DNA from: an uncultured bacterium | GTDB lineage: Bacteria; Patescibacteriota; Saccharimonadia; Saccharimonadales; Saccharimonadaceae | Length of the DNA: 64,000 nt | Direction: 5' to 3' | Assembly: GCA_963526415.1 (NCBI GenBank) | Contig: CAURNE010000002.1 | Span: 71,501-135,500, forward strand | Part shown: one piece after another, positions 1-8,938 of the stretch | How the letters are laid out: the number at the start of each line of letters is the position of its first letter | Position numbering within the stretch: the stretch's first letter is position 1 | Notes under the pieces: generated by a model | Seen by the model: the letters and a program-made list of their open reading frames with translations, nothing else | Databases searched by the model: none | Told to the model about the DNA's origin: nothing | Position numbers and translations under genes: made by a program

Positions 1-558
1 CGTGGTTTGGCAGCAAGTTTTCATTATCACGAACAAAAATCAAGCAAAGATTATGTTTCGGGCGCAACTTCAAAAAGAAGAAGTGAAGTTAAAGGTAATG
101 GCGGCTTGACGAACGAACTTCAATGGATAGTTCAACTTCAAGATGTAGCTCAGCGATTGAGGGATGGTGAAGAAATTGATCCAGAACAACTACAAATTGA
201 TATTTTTGGCGATCGAATTTTTGTTTATTCACCAAAAGGTGATATCTATAATTTGCCCGAAGGTGCATTGCCGCTAGATTTTGCGTATATGGTACATAGC
301 GACATTGGCAAACATGCTTATGCTTTTCGAGTTAATGAAAAAATCCACGCTTTCGACAAGCCACTCGAAAAAGGCGATATTGTTGAAGTGATGACGCGCA
401 AAAACTCCTTACCAAAAGCTGATTGGCTCGATCTGGTTAAAACTTCACATGCGAGAATCAAGCTTCGTTCGCAACTCAAAAAACAGGGAATTTTGGAACC
501 AGTTGCAAATTCTGCCGCGATTCAAGCTCGAAAATATGCCGAAAAACTTCGAAAATAA
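1..558 (+). CDS. relA: RelA/SpoT family (p)ppGpp synthetase/hydrolase, C-terminal part with TGS domain (5' truncated by window edge)
   Basis: G-L-A-A..HY motif followed by IFVYSPKGDIYNLPEGALPLDFAYMVHSDIG...VN...L..GDIVEV (TGS) and DWLDLVKTSHARIK, typical of Rel proteins; frame is open from base 1. Confidence 0.88.
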   Translation, partial: RGLAASFHYHEQKSSKDYVSGATSKRRSEVKGNGGLTNELQWIVQLQDVAQRLRDGEEIDPEQLQIDIFGDRIFVYSPKGDIYNLPEGALPLDFAYMVHSDIGKHAYAFRVNEKIHAFDKPLEKGDIVEVMTRKNSLPKADWLDLVKTSHARIKLRSQLKKQGILEPVANSAAIQARKYAEKLRK

Positions 559-586
559 AATAACTCACAAAGAGTTATTTTTTATT
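556..586 (+). terminator. Intrinsic terminator after rel
   Basis: AAATAACTC-ACAAA-GAGTTATTT stem followed by T run. Confidence 0.7.
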
Positions 587-717
587 TCTTTCAATTTTAT
601 AGTTTAACTTTTGAAACTTTAATATCAATAATATCATTTAAGTAACTATTGTTTTTTAATACCAATACATCATCCTTTTACCGAAAAAATAAAACGAACC
701 AATCGGTTCGTTTTTTA

Positions 718-1443
718 CTATTTTTTAGTGTTTATCCCAAGAATTAAACCAAAATATGCATCTTCTGGCTTACTATTTTCAATAAATTTTCGATTTTCGC
801 GAATTACTCGCGCCTCACATAAAAGAGACTTCGGCGTTTTACCATCCTTAAAACGATGCAGACAAGAATTCTCAGCCGATCGCATTTCTGAGAGAATTTT
901 ATTTTTCGAAAGCTGCTTTTCAAGATTATTTTGGTTCAAAATAATAATCTGATCACGTAGAGAATTAATTAGACCTGAATCCACAAGATCTTTTTTGCTA
1001 AACATTTTTGCATTAAAACCTGCGCGAGTTAGCGGGCGAACATTAAGCTTCGGAATCATACAAACTAGATAGTCAATTTGCGGATCTTTTCTGCCGTACT
1101 TAACAACTTTTGAAAATAAATCACTCAACTCTTCGCTGTCCGTACGGCCAATTTTACTACTATTTTTAATATTCACAAAATCCGAAACCAGATAAATGTT
1201 CTTGCTGGATCCTTTAAATTTAATTTCTTTAAAGAATTCAATTCCAACCGCGGTAACTACTTTATCATCCTTTCTAATAAAAAACCACTCTTGTTTGCTG
1301 TAAAATTCCTTTGGCGAATATGATCCGCGCGTTATGATTTGCAAATCTATAATTTGTTCTACAATTTTCTTCTTAAGATCATCACTTTTAGAATCATATA
1401 AGACTTCAATATTTTCAGTCTTAAATAATTTAAATTTAAACAT
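718..1443 (-). CDS. Hypothetical protein, possibly GNAT-like fold
   Basis: 241-aa ORF with GGAGG RBS; WFFIRKDDKVVTAVGI..IYLVSDFV..L.RAGF pattern is only loosely GNAT-like; hairpin 691-716 downstream. Confidence 0.6.
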   Translation of the reverse strand: MFKFKLFKTENIEVLYDSKSDDLKKKIVEQIIDLQIITRGSYSPKEFYSKQEWFFIRKDDKVVTAVGIEFFKEIKFKGSSKNIYLVSDFVNIKNSSKIGRTDSEELSDLFSKVVKYGRKDPQIDYLVCMIPKLNVRPLTRAGFNAKMFSKKDLVDSGLINSLRDQIIILNQNNLEKQLSKNKILSEMRSAENSCLHRFKDGKTPKSLLCEARVIRENRKFIENSKPEDAYFGLILGINTKK

Positions 1444-1559
1444 AAGGTACCTCCAAAAAATGAACTTTACATATTATAGCATCTTATACTTCAAATTACA
1501 ACAATAAGCTTTATTTTTCGCAAAAAATATGGTAAAATTAAAAAATAACTTTATATTCT

Positions 1560-3317
1560 ATGAATTCATTAAATAATTTTAAACGCTCTTGGAGCTTTTT
1601 TTACAAAAATAAATACGGGCTTTTAATTGGAGCTTCGGTTTTACATTTTGTAATGTCTGTCGCTGGAATTAATATTCTTTTTTGGGTTTTTCGACTAATT
1701 TTGCTTTTTTCGAATCAAGAAAATCTCACAAAAGACAATTTTTATCTGATTTTCTCAAACCCCTTAAGTCTTCTTTTTTGTGCGATTTATATTTTACTTG
1801 TCGCATTTTTAACTTTTGCTGAATTTTTCATCCTAATCAAATTCATTAATGCACGTAGGGAAAGCGACGTTTTTTCGGTTCGAAAAGTGTTTTTTGAATC
1901 TTTTAAAAAAATGAAAAGCTTACTCGGAATTCAAATTTTCTTCTTTATGGTTTATTTTATTTCGATGGTTCCGCTCAAAAACCTCGGACTTTCTTCAGCA
2001 ATCACTGAAAAAATACGAATCCCAGCATTTATTGTTGGCGAGATTTTAAAAACTCCAAGTGGCGCCGCATTCTATTTTATGCTGATTTTGCTGATTTTTT
2101 ACGTAAATTATCGCTTAATTCTCACCTTACCACGAACAATTTTAAACGACGAACCACTTTCGAAAAGCATTAAAGAAAGCTGGAAAGCCACAAAAAGCAA
2201 AATGTCGCAAATTTTGATTCCACTTGGTATTTTCGAAATTATCTTTATGATTTTTGGGTTGCTTTTTATGGTTTTTATTGCACTGATTTTAGGAATTTTT
2301 AAGCCTTTTTTGGGTTTTTTGGTTTCAAAAACAATCCTAACAACAATGTTTGACGCAGTATTTTTTGCATTTTTTGTACTGTCGAAAGTCGCAACTGTAA
2401 TTGTTTTACTTGATATTTTCGAACCTCTAAAAACTAAAATTATCGAGAATAAAAAACAAAAAATTAAAAATTCAAGAATTCTCGCGATTATGATGGCTTC
2501 ACTTTTGGTTTTTTCGACAATTTTTAATGGAATTCAAATTTACTACCGAAAAATCGACACAAAAATCCTTAAAATTGCTCATCGCGGTGATGTTCAGGGC
2601 GGGGTTGAGAATTCGCTTGAAGCGCTTGAATCAGCCAAGAAAAAAGGTGCAGATTATGCTGAAATGGATATTCAACTAACGCGCGACAATCATTTTGTGG
2701 TTATCCATGATTATAATTTACAGAGATTAACCGGACGAAACGCGCGAGTTCGAGATTTGAGTTTGAGTGAGATTCAGACCCTCACAATTTTTGAAAATGG
2801 TTTTGAGAGCAAAATTCCGACTTTCGAAGAATATATAAAAAAGGCTGAAAAACTTAATATTAAACTTTTAGTTGAACTAAAACCAAGTGGCGACGAACCT
2901 GAAAATTTCGCAGAAATGTTTGTGAAAGATTTTCGAAAATTTGGTGTTTCGCGAAAGTTCAAAACAATGTCGCTAGATTTAAATTTAATGCGAAAAATCG
3001 AGAAAATTGCGCCAGAAATCGAAACAGGCTTCGTGATTCCGCTTCAATTTGGTGATTTTGATGATTCAAAAATTGATTTTTATGTGATTGAAGATTTTTC
3101 ATATCGCAAAAAATTAGCACTAGAAGCCCACAAAAAACAACGCAAAATTTTTATCTGGACATTAAATACTCGCAGTGACATTTCGAAATATCTCCAAGAG
3201 CCGATTGATGGAATAATTTCCGACGAAATTGACCTAATTACCGATATCGAAAAAGAAGATCGTTCGAAAGAGTCAATTTTTAAGAGTTTTGTGCGATTGA
3301 TTCGGCTGAAGTTTTAA
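1560..3317 (+). CDS. Glycerophosphodiester phosphodiesterase with N-terminal multi-pass membrane domain
   Basis: About 7 hydrophobic helices, then IAHRG..ENSLEA..A...GADYAEMDIQLTRD...VVIHD...LLVELK...WTLN..IDGIISD (GDPD motifs). Confidence 0.92.
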   Translation: MNSLNNFKRSWSFFYKNKYGLLIGASVLHFVMSVAGINILFWVFRLILLFSNQENLTKDNFYLIFSNPLSLLFCAIYILLVAFLTFAEFFILIKFINARRESDVFSVRKVFFESFKKMKSLLGIQIFFFMVYFISMVPLKNLGLSSAITEKIRIPAFIVGEILKTPSGAAFYFMLILLIFYVNYRLILTLPRTILNDEPLSKSIKESWKATKSKMSQILIPLGIFEIIFMIFGLLFMVFIALILGIFKPFLGFLVSKTILTTMFDAVFFAFFVLSKVATVIVLLDIFEPLKTKIIENKKQKIKNSRILAIMMASLLVFSTIFNGIQIYYRKIDTKILKIAHRGDVQGGVENSLEALESAKKKGADYAEMDIQLTRDNHFVVIHDYNLQRLTGRNARVRDLSLSEIQTLTIFENGFESKIPTFEEYIKKAEKLNIKLLVELKPSGDEPENFAEMFVKDFRKFGVSRKFKTMSLDLNLMRKIEKIAPEIETGFVIPLQFGDFDDSKIDFYVIEDFSYRKKLALEAHKKQRKIFIWTLNTRSDISKYLQEPIDGIISDEIDLITDIEKEDRSKESIFKSFVRLIRLKF

Positions 3318-3355
3318 CACTAAAAAACCGCAAAACTAAGTTTGCGGCAAAAAAT

Positions 3356-4618
3356 CTATCGAATAGTTTTTAAGGTAATGTGCTTATGTTGAAGGTTAAA
3401 CAAATCATAAAACCGAGCAGCTAGCATAAAAGTTTTTGAAACCCTGTTTTCTTGAATTTCATCCTCAGAAGGTTCAAAAGCCAAACATATTTCACAAAAT
3501 GCTTGCATTAATGCTAAAAAATTAAGATATTCATCTTGATATGGTCGGCGATATGAACGTAAAACAGACAAAAAATCATTTGTTAAAATTGGAATTCCGT
3601 ATTTTTCGGCAAATTCGAAAATTTCTTTGTTCATCTCCTCATGAGCGCGTTTCAAAATTCGAATTTGGTTAATTTTGCGATTGCGATATTCGTGAATCGG
3701 AAACGGAAAATCATACATTCCAGAAGGAAAAAATACATGATGATTATTACTTTCACCTTGTTTTAATCTCTGAAATCTCTTCGGAAAATCAAAAATTTCA
3801 TTGTTGAGTTTTTCGAATTCTTCGTTCCAATCATAAAGTTGCGAAATTTTCACAAAATCACCATTAGAATCTTTCACAAAAGCCATCATCTGACGCCGAC
3901 GCCGACGAACCTCATTTAAAACATGTGTTCTTGGATCATTTTCACGAATATTTTCGAAATAAGCTTTTGTTTCGAAAAATCTCGCAGCCGGATTTTTGGC
4001 AATTTTCTTTTCTTTGAGCGAAATCCATTTCCAAAACTCTAATTTATATGCAGAATTCATTAAGCCATACAAATTATAGTAATAAAGTGAAATATCGTAA
4101 AGCATAAATTCGATAAAATCTTCATCAATTTTAGTAATTTTATGATTCGAAATATCACCAAAAATCTTCAAACTTTTGAGATGATTTTTTGCAAGTAGAA
4201 CTTGAATGAAATTATCAAGTAAATCTTCTGGGAGACAATCCGTGAGAAGTAAATTGATGATTTCGTAAAAAACTTGGTTTGAAACATTTTGAATAAACAG
4301 CGGTTGAAGCAGAATTTCGAAAGTTTCTGGTGACAGTGAGTGGTTTTTTTCATCCGAACGCCAGCCGAGTTTTCGAGTTGGATTTTCTGGATCAAGCCGA
4401 AGTATTAACGACAAAACCGTTTCAAAGTTTTGGGCAAATTTTTGCGAAATTTTTGAAGGGAAGATTATTCCTTCCAAAATTTTGTAATCTTCATCAGAAA
4501 TTTCAGTTTCGAAAAACTCATCTTCGTTAAATTTTGAAGACATTATTTTTCCACGTTTCAAAATAGCATTTGCAAAAACTTCGAAATTATTATAAAAAGC
4601 AGCATCTTTAAGCTTCAT
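3356..4618 (-). CDS. Hypothetical protein with possible HNH-like motif in the C-terminal third
   Basis: 420-aa ORF, strong AAGGAGG RBS; NNHHVFFP...N..NQIRILKRAHEEMN spacing. Confidence 0.6.
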   Translation of the reverse strand: MKLKDAAFYNNFEVFANAILKRGKIMSSKFNEDEFFETEISDEDYKILEGIIFPSKISQKFAQNFETVLSLILRLDPENPTRKLGWRSDEKNHSLSPETFEILLQPLFIQNVSNQVFYEIINLLLTDCLPEDLLDNFIQVLLAKNHLKSLKIFGDISNHKITKIDEDFIEFMLYDISLYYYNLYGLMNSAYKLEFWKWISLKEKKIAKNPAARFFETKAYFENIRENDPRTHVLNEVRRRRRQMMAFVKDSNGDFVKISQLYDWNEEFEKLNNEIFDFPKRFQRLKQGESNNHHVFFPSGMYDFPFPIHEYRNRKINQIRILKRAHEEMNKEIFEFAEKYGIPILTNDFLSVLRSYRRPYQDEYLNFLALMQAFCEICLAFEPSEDEIQENRVSKTFMLAARFYDLFNLQHKHITLKTIR

Positions 4619-4719
4619 AATTGTTCCTCCTTTTAAAAGTGCGCTGATAAAGTTAAACAGTTGATATTATTATATAATTTTTTGACGATATTTCAAGCGT
4701 AAAATATTTGTGAAAAAGC

Positions 4720-4748
4720 TTGAAAAAACGCGTTTTATGTGATAGAAT
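4720..4748 (+). promoter_or_regulatory. Sigma70-type promoter for the rplF-rplR-rpsE-rplO unit
   Basis: TTGAAA (4720-4725), 17 bp spacer, TG-n-TAGAAT (4743-4748). Confidence 0.7.
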
Positions 4749-4860
4749 AGTAAAGTTAATATTAAATGCGAGTGAAATTTGGGAGGTTTTGCGCATCATT
4801 TCCAAAAGAAATGACCAGCACGAAGCAAACAAACACTCTTTAAATGAAAGGAAAAGTTCA

Positions 4861-5397
4861 ATGAGTCGAATCGGAAAACTACCTATTGAGGTTCCGGCTG
4901 GTGTGACAATCACGATTGACGAGAACGAGATTTCAGTTAAAGGCGCTAAAGGCGAACTAACTGTGCCTCATTTGTCAGACGTAACTGTAGAGCTTGACGG
5001 CACAACTTTGAAGGTTGTTCGAAAAAATGACGAACGCGTAGCCCGCGCACAGCACGGATTACAACGAGCCCTTTTGAATAATGCTGTTATTGGTGTTACA
5101 AAAGGTTTCGAAAAGAAATTGGAAGTTAACGGAGTTGGTTTCCGTGTCCAAACCAATAATCCACAAGAGCTTGAAATGCAACTTGGTTTTTCGCACCCTG
5201 TAATCTATAAAGCGAAAGAAGGAATTACTCTTTCAAATGATAAAATGGTTATTACGGTTGCCGGAATTGACAAACAAGCTGTTGGGCAAACTGCGGCTGA
5301 AATCCGCGCACTTAAAAAACCTGAACCATACAAAGGTAAAGGTATTAAATATGTTGATGAAGTTATCTTGCGAAAAGCAGGAAAGGCAGGTAAATAA
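4861..5397 (+). CDS. rplF: 50S ribosomal protein L6
   Basis: MSRIGKLPI...PEPYKGKGIKY; start reset to ATG 4861 with GAAAGGA RBS. Confidence 0.98.
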   Translation: MSRIGKLPIEVPAGVTITIDENEISVKGAKGELTVPHLSDVTVELDGTTLKVVRKNDERVARAQHGLQRALLNNAVIGVTKGFEKKLEVNGVGFRVQTNNPQELEMQLGFSHPVIYKAKEGITLSNDKMVITVAGIDKQAVGQTAAEIRALKKPEPYKGKGIKYVDEVILRKAGKAGK

Positions 5398-5753
5398 TGT
5401 CTAAAGCATTAGCACTTAAAAAGCAAAATTTGGCTTTGCGAAAAGGTCGCGTTCGAGCAAAAATTTCCGGAACAGCTGAACGCCCACGCCTAACCGTAAC
5501 AATCAGCAATCTACATGTTTCAGCTCAAATTATCGACGATATTGCACAAAAAACTCTTGTTTCTGCAACAACTGTTGGTTCAAAAGCTAAAGGAACAAAA
5601 ACAGAACTTGCTGCCAAAATCGGTGAAGAAATTGCTAAAAAAGCTAAAAAAGCTAAAATTAATACAGTAGTATTCGACCGAAATGGTCGCCAATATGCAG
5701 GTCGCTTGCACGCTTTGGCAGATGCTGCTCGTAAGGAAGGATTGGAGTTCTAA
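5397..5753 (+). CDS. rplR: 50S ribosomal protein L18
   Basis: GTAERPRL...AQIIDD...VVFDRNGRQYAGRLHALADAARKEGLEF. Confidence 0.98.
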   Translation: MSKALALKKQNLALRKGRVRAKISGTAERPRLTVTISNLHVSAQIIDDIAQKTLVSATTVGSKAKGTKTELAAKIGEEIAKKAKKAKINTVVFDRNGRQYAGRLHALADAARKEGLEF

Positions 5754-5755
5754 TT

Positions 5756-6340
5756 ATGGCTGAAGCTCAAAAAACTCAGGCTCCACGCCGAAATAACGAT
5801 CGAAATAACCGAAATAACAGTCGAAAAAACGATCGCCGAAATAATAATCGCCGACAAGAACGCGAAGAAAAACAATTCGAAGAATTAGTTATTAATATCG
5901 ACCGTGTTTCTCGTGTCGTTAAAGGTGGACGCCGATTCCGCTTTAAAGCACTTGTTGTTGTGGGTGACCGCAAAAATAAAGTTGGTGTTGGTGTAGCTAA
6001 AGGTCAAGATGTGACTGCAGCTATCGCTAAAGCAACAAATGTTGCAAAGAAAAATATGATTGAAATCGCACTTGAAGGCGATACAATTCCACACGAAGCT
6101 GAAAAGAAAGTAACTGGCGCACACGTTCTTTTGAAACCTGCCGCTCCTGGTACTGGTATTATTGCTGGTGGTGTTGTTCGACAAATCATTGGTGTAACAG
6201 GAATTCGAAACATGCTTTCGAAATCTCTTGGCTCAACAAATAAAGTTAACATTGCTTATGCGACAATTGATGCTTTGAATAGCCTTGTTCCAAAAGACCA
6301 ATGGCTAAATACGCCAAAAACTAAAAAGGAGACTAAGTAA
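5756..6340 (+). CDS. rpsE: 30S ribosomal protein S5
   Basis: INIDRVSRVVKGGRRFRFKALVVVGD...PAAPGTGIIAGG; R/N-rich N-terminal extension. Confidence 0.98.
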   Translation: MAEAQKTQAPRRNNDRNNRNNSRKNDRRNNNRRQEREEKQFEELVINIDRVSRVVKGGRRFRFKALVVVGDRKNKVGVGVAKGQDVTAAIAKATNVAKKNMIEIALEGDTIPHEAEKKVTGAHVLLKPAAPGTGIIAGGVVRQIIGVTGIRNMLSKSLGSTNKVNIAYATIDALNSLVPKDQWLNTPKTKKETK

Positions 6341-6801
6341 TGAAATACAATGAACTCCAAGTTTCTGCAAATAAAGATCGAATTCGCGTTGGTCGCGGCA
6401 TCTCGGCTGGTCGTGGTAAAACTGCTGGCCGCGGTACAAAAGGTCAGGGTGCTCGAACAGGTAAGAAGCTTCGCGCAACTTTCCAAGGTGGTCAAAATCC
6501 ACTTGTTCAAGCAACACCAAAAGCTAAAGGATTTAAATCTTTGCGCAAACCAGCACAAGTTGTTTATCTTGATCACTTGAACGATTTAGCTGGTGAAGTT
6601 GATAACTTCCGACTCTTCGAAGAAGGTTATATTTCAACACCTTTCCATAAAGTTAAAGTTATCTCACGCGGTGAATTAAACGAAAAAGTTATCTTGAAGG
6701 TTCAAGCTGCTTCGAAATCTGCTATTGAAGCAATCGAAAAAGCTGGTGGTAAATTCGAAAAAGTTGCCACACCTTTAAAAAAATCGGTAGAAGATAAATA
6801 A
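6340..6801 (+). CDS. rplO: 50S ribosomal protein L15
   Basis: RVGRGISAGRGKTAGRGTKGQGAR...FQGGQNPL...IEKAGG. Confidence 0.98.
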   Translation: MKYNELQVSANKDRIRVGRGISAGRGKTAGRGTKGQGARTGKKLRATFQGGQNPLVQATPKAKGFKSLRKPAQVVYLDHLNDLAGEVDNFRLFEEGYISTPFHKVKVISRGELNEKVILKVQAASKSAIEAIEKAGGKFEKVATPLKKSVEDK

Positions 6802-6815
6802 TTCTTTTAAATTAT

Positions 6816-6849
6816 AAAACAGCTCTTTGCGGGGCTGTTTTTATTTTTC
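6816..6849 (+). terminator. Intrinsic terminator after rplO
   Basis: AAAACAGCTC-TTTGCG-GGGCTGTTTT followed by T-rich tail. Confidence 0.75.
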
Positions 6850-7029
6850 TCACAAATAAGCATAAGCATATTTGTAAAAATTACAGCATTTTCTCATTAA
6901 CAGATTAAAAATTGTGGAAAACTTAAAATTAGCTTAAAACTTCTTCAAAAATATTGACTTTTTTGTTATTTCGTGATAAAATTTAAAAGATAATATCAAA
7001 AGAAAACAGACAAGGAAAATGCGAGGAAT

Positions 7030-7548
7030 ATGTCTGAATTACCAGAAAAACAAGTAAAACGGCTAAAAAGCTTGATTCAAGAAGCGGAAACGAATCTTGC
7101 AGCAGCCAAAGAATTGCTTATCAGTATTAGCGGCGAAGACAACGTCGTAACAGCTCCAAGCAATTCAGTTATTGAAAGCCCACACGGTAAAATTATCGAA
7201 GGTGTTTTTGATGGCCAAACAATGATTGGTCCAGATGGAAAAAACTATCCAGTTCCAGCGAATTATGCTTCAAAATCAAAGCTTGTGGAGGGCGACATCT
7301 TGAAGCTTACAATCAATGAAGACGGTGGTTTTATTTATAAACAAATTGGTCCAGTTCCGCGAAAACAAATTATAGGAACACTCATCAACCACGACGGATC
7401 GTTCTTTGTTGAAGCTGGTGGAAATGAGTATAAAATCCTACTTGCTAGCGTAACTTACTTCCGACTACAAGCCGGTGATCAAGTTACAATCATCATTCCA
7501 GAAGACAACACCGATACCACTTGGGCTGCGGTTGAAGCTTCATTTTAA
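7030..7548 (+). CDS. Conserved CPR hypothetical protein
   Basis: KIIEGVFDGQTMIGPDGKNYPVPANYASKSKLVEGDILKLTI motif, which I recall as widespread in Patescibacteria; hairpin 7575-7611 downstream. Confidence 0.8.
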   Translation: MSELPEKQVKRLKSLIQEAETNLAAAKELLISISGEDNVVTAPSNSVIESPHGKIIEGVFDGQTMIGPDGKNYPVPANYASKSKLVEGDILKLTINEDGGFIYKQIGPVPRKQIIGTLINHDGSFFVEAGGNEYKILLASVTYFRLQAGDQVTIIIPEDNTDTTWAAVEASF

Positions 7549-7730
7549 AAAATTGAGAGATTTATATTAGTTAAAAATCGTGCGAAACTATTGCGAGGTC
7601 GCACGATTTTTGATTTTACTTTTTTAATTTTCGAAAACTTGCCAAATATAAACGCTTATGTTAGAATAGATAGGTTAAATATTAACCTTAAGCACATTGA
7701 CAAATATAATAAATATTATAATATTACAAC

Positions 7731-7992
7731 ATAAAAAACCGCCTAAGCACGGGTGGGCATCGCTTAGACGGTTTTTTATCTCTTCGACTCACCCGTTAAG
7801 GCTCGAAAACTTCGAAGCTGAAAACCCACCAAAATTCAACATAGGGCTCGCCGGTCAAAGAGGTTATTATGTGCAATATTGATAATAAGATTCTTATTAA
7901 AAAGGAGGGGGTAAAGAATTATTCAGACTATATTGCACACTATAACAATAGATAGAAGTTTCATTGACAAATTTTTAAAATATTTTATCAAT
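7731..7992 (-). ncRNA. Candidate structured non-coding RNA (~260 nt) divergent from dprA
   Basis: Minus-strand promoter TTGACA-17bp-TAATAT (8027-7999), several stems whose G-U pairs work only on the minus strand, terminal hairpin plus U6; no convincing ORF. Confidence 0.6.
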
Positions 7993-7998
7993 GTTTAT

Positions 7999-8027
7999 AT
8001 ATTATCATAAATTACAATTAATGTCAA
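7999..8027 (-). promoter_or_regulatory. Sigma70 promoter of the candidate ncRNA
   Basis: Minus strand TTGACA ttaattgtaatttatga TAATAT (17-bp spacer, extended -10 TG). Confidence 0.65.
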
Positions 8028-8044
8028 TACTATTTTTATATTTT

Positions 8045-8905
8045 ATGGAAATTATTCAAATTAAACCTTCAAATTTTGATTATTCGAAAGATTTACAACA
8101 TATCCCAGACGCCCCAAAACAGCTTTTCGTACGCGGAAAATTACCTTCAAAAAGAATAAAATCTATTGCAATCGTTGGAACACGCAAGCCAAGCAATTAT
8201 GGGCGAGAAATCGCAACAAAAATTGCCACCGAATGCGCACAAAACGGAATTATCGTCGTTAGCGGATTAGCCCTCGGAATCGACTCGATTGCGCACCGTG
8301 CAACCCTTGACGCTGGTGGAATAACCATTGCAGTTCTCGCAAATGGTGTCGATAAAATCTATCCACGCTCGCACGAAGCTTTAGGACAGAGGATTCTCCA
8401 AAATAACGGTGCGATCGTTAGTGAATATCCAAATGGAACACCCGCCCAACCATGGCAATTTTTGGCGCGCAATAGAATTGTATCCGGTCTTGCCGATGCA
8501 GTAGTTGTGGTTGAAGCCGCATCGAGAAGTGGAACTCTTTCGACTGCAAATCACGCATTAGATCAAGGTAAAGAAGTTTTCGCTGTACCTGGAAATATTA
8601 ATTCGCCACTTTCGTCCGGCTGTAATCAGCTCATCAAAAATGGTGCAAACCCTTTAACCTCGGTTGAAGATTTATTAGATTTCTTAATTCCAGATCGTTT
8701 CGAAAAACAAACAGTTTTATTTAAAGGTGACACACCAGATGAAAATTCAATCCTTGAAATACTTTCAAAAAATGGCGCAACTTCAAGCGACGAAATCATC
8801 AAAAAATCCGGAATTTCAGCAAGTGATTTCAACCAAGCGGTAACAATGCTTGAAATAAAAGGGTTAATTTCAAATAACGGCGGTAATATTTGGAGTATAA
8901 AGTAG
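8045..8905 (+). CDS. dprA: DNA-processing protein DprA (Smf)
   Basis: IAIVGTRKPS.YG...VVSGLALGIDSIAH...FLARNRIVSGL...VEAASRSGTLSTA..ALDQGKEVFAVPG; start reset to ATG 8045. Confidence 0.97.
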   Translation: MEIIQIKPSNFDYSKDLQHIPDAPKQLFVRGKLPSKRIKSIAIVGTRKPSNYGREIATKIATECAQNGIIVVSGLALGIDSIAHRATLDAGGITIAVLANGVDKIYPRSHEALGQRILQNNGAIVSEYPNGTPAQPWQFLARNRIVSGLADAVVVVEAASRSGTLSTANHALDQGKEVFAVPGNINSPLSSGCNQLIKNGANPLTSVEDLLDFLIPDRFEKQTVLFKGDTPDENSILEILSKNGATSSDEIIKKSGISASDFNQAVTMLEIKGLISNNGGNIWSIK

Positions 8906-8938
8906 ATTTTCGAAAGAAAATATGCTATACTTAGAAGA

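Noticed and set aside
4720..4860. N-terminal extensions implied by longest-ORF starts (rplF, dprA, pcrA, metG, recO, murG and others)
   Set aside because: Upstream in-frame starts fall in promoter regions or neighbouring genes; starts were reset using RBS/-10 position and family N-termini
7030..7548. Ribosomal protein L7/L12 label sometimes attached to this CPR family
   Set aside because: No L7/L12 C-terminal motifs in the sequence; left as conserved hypothetical
7780..7862. ZTP (pfl) riboswitch or T-box, because of TGACCGGCGA..GGTGGG on the minus strand
   Set aside because: The downstream CGCCTGGGC-type element and the T-box sequence are absent, and there is no same-strand downstream gene
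7697..7882. 61-aa ORF in the ORF track
   Set aside because: Starts at the TTG of a -35 box, has no RBS and runs through a terminator hairpin; better explained as structured non-coding sequence
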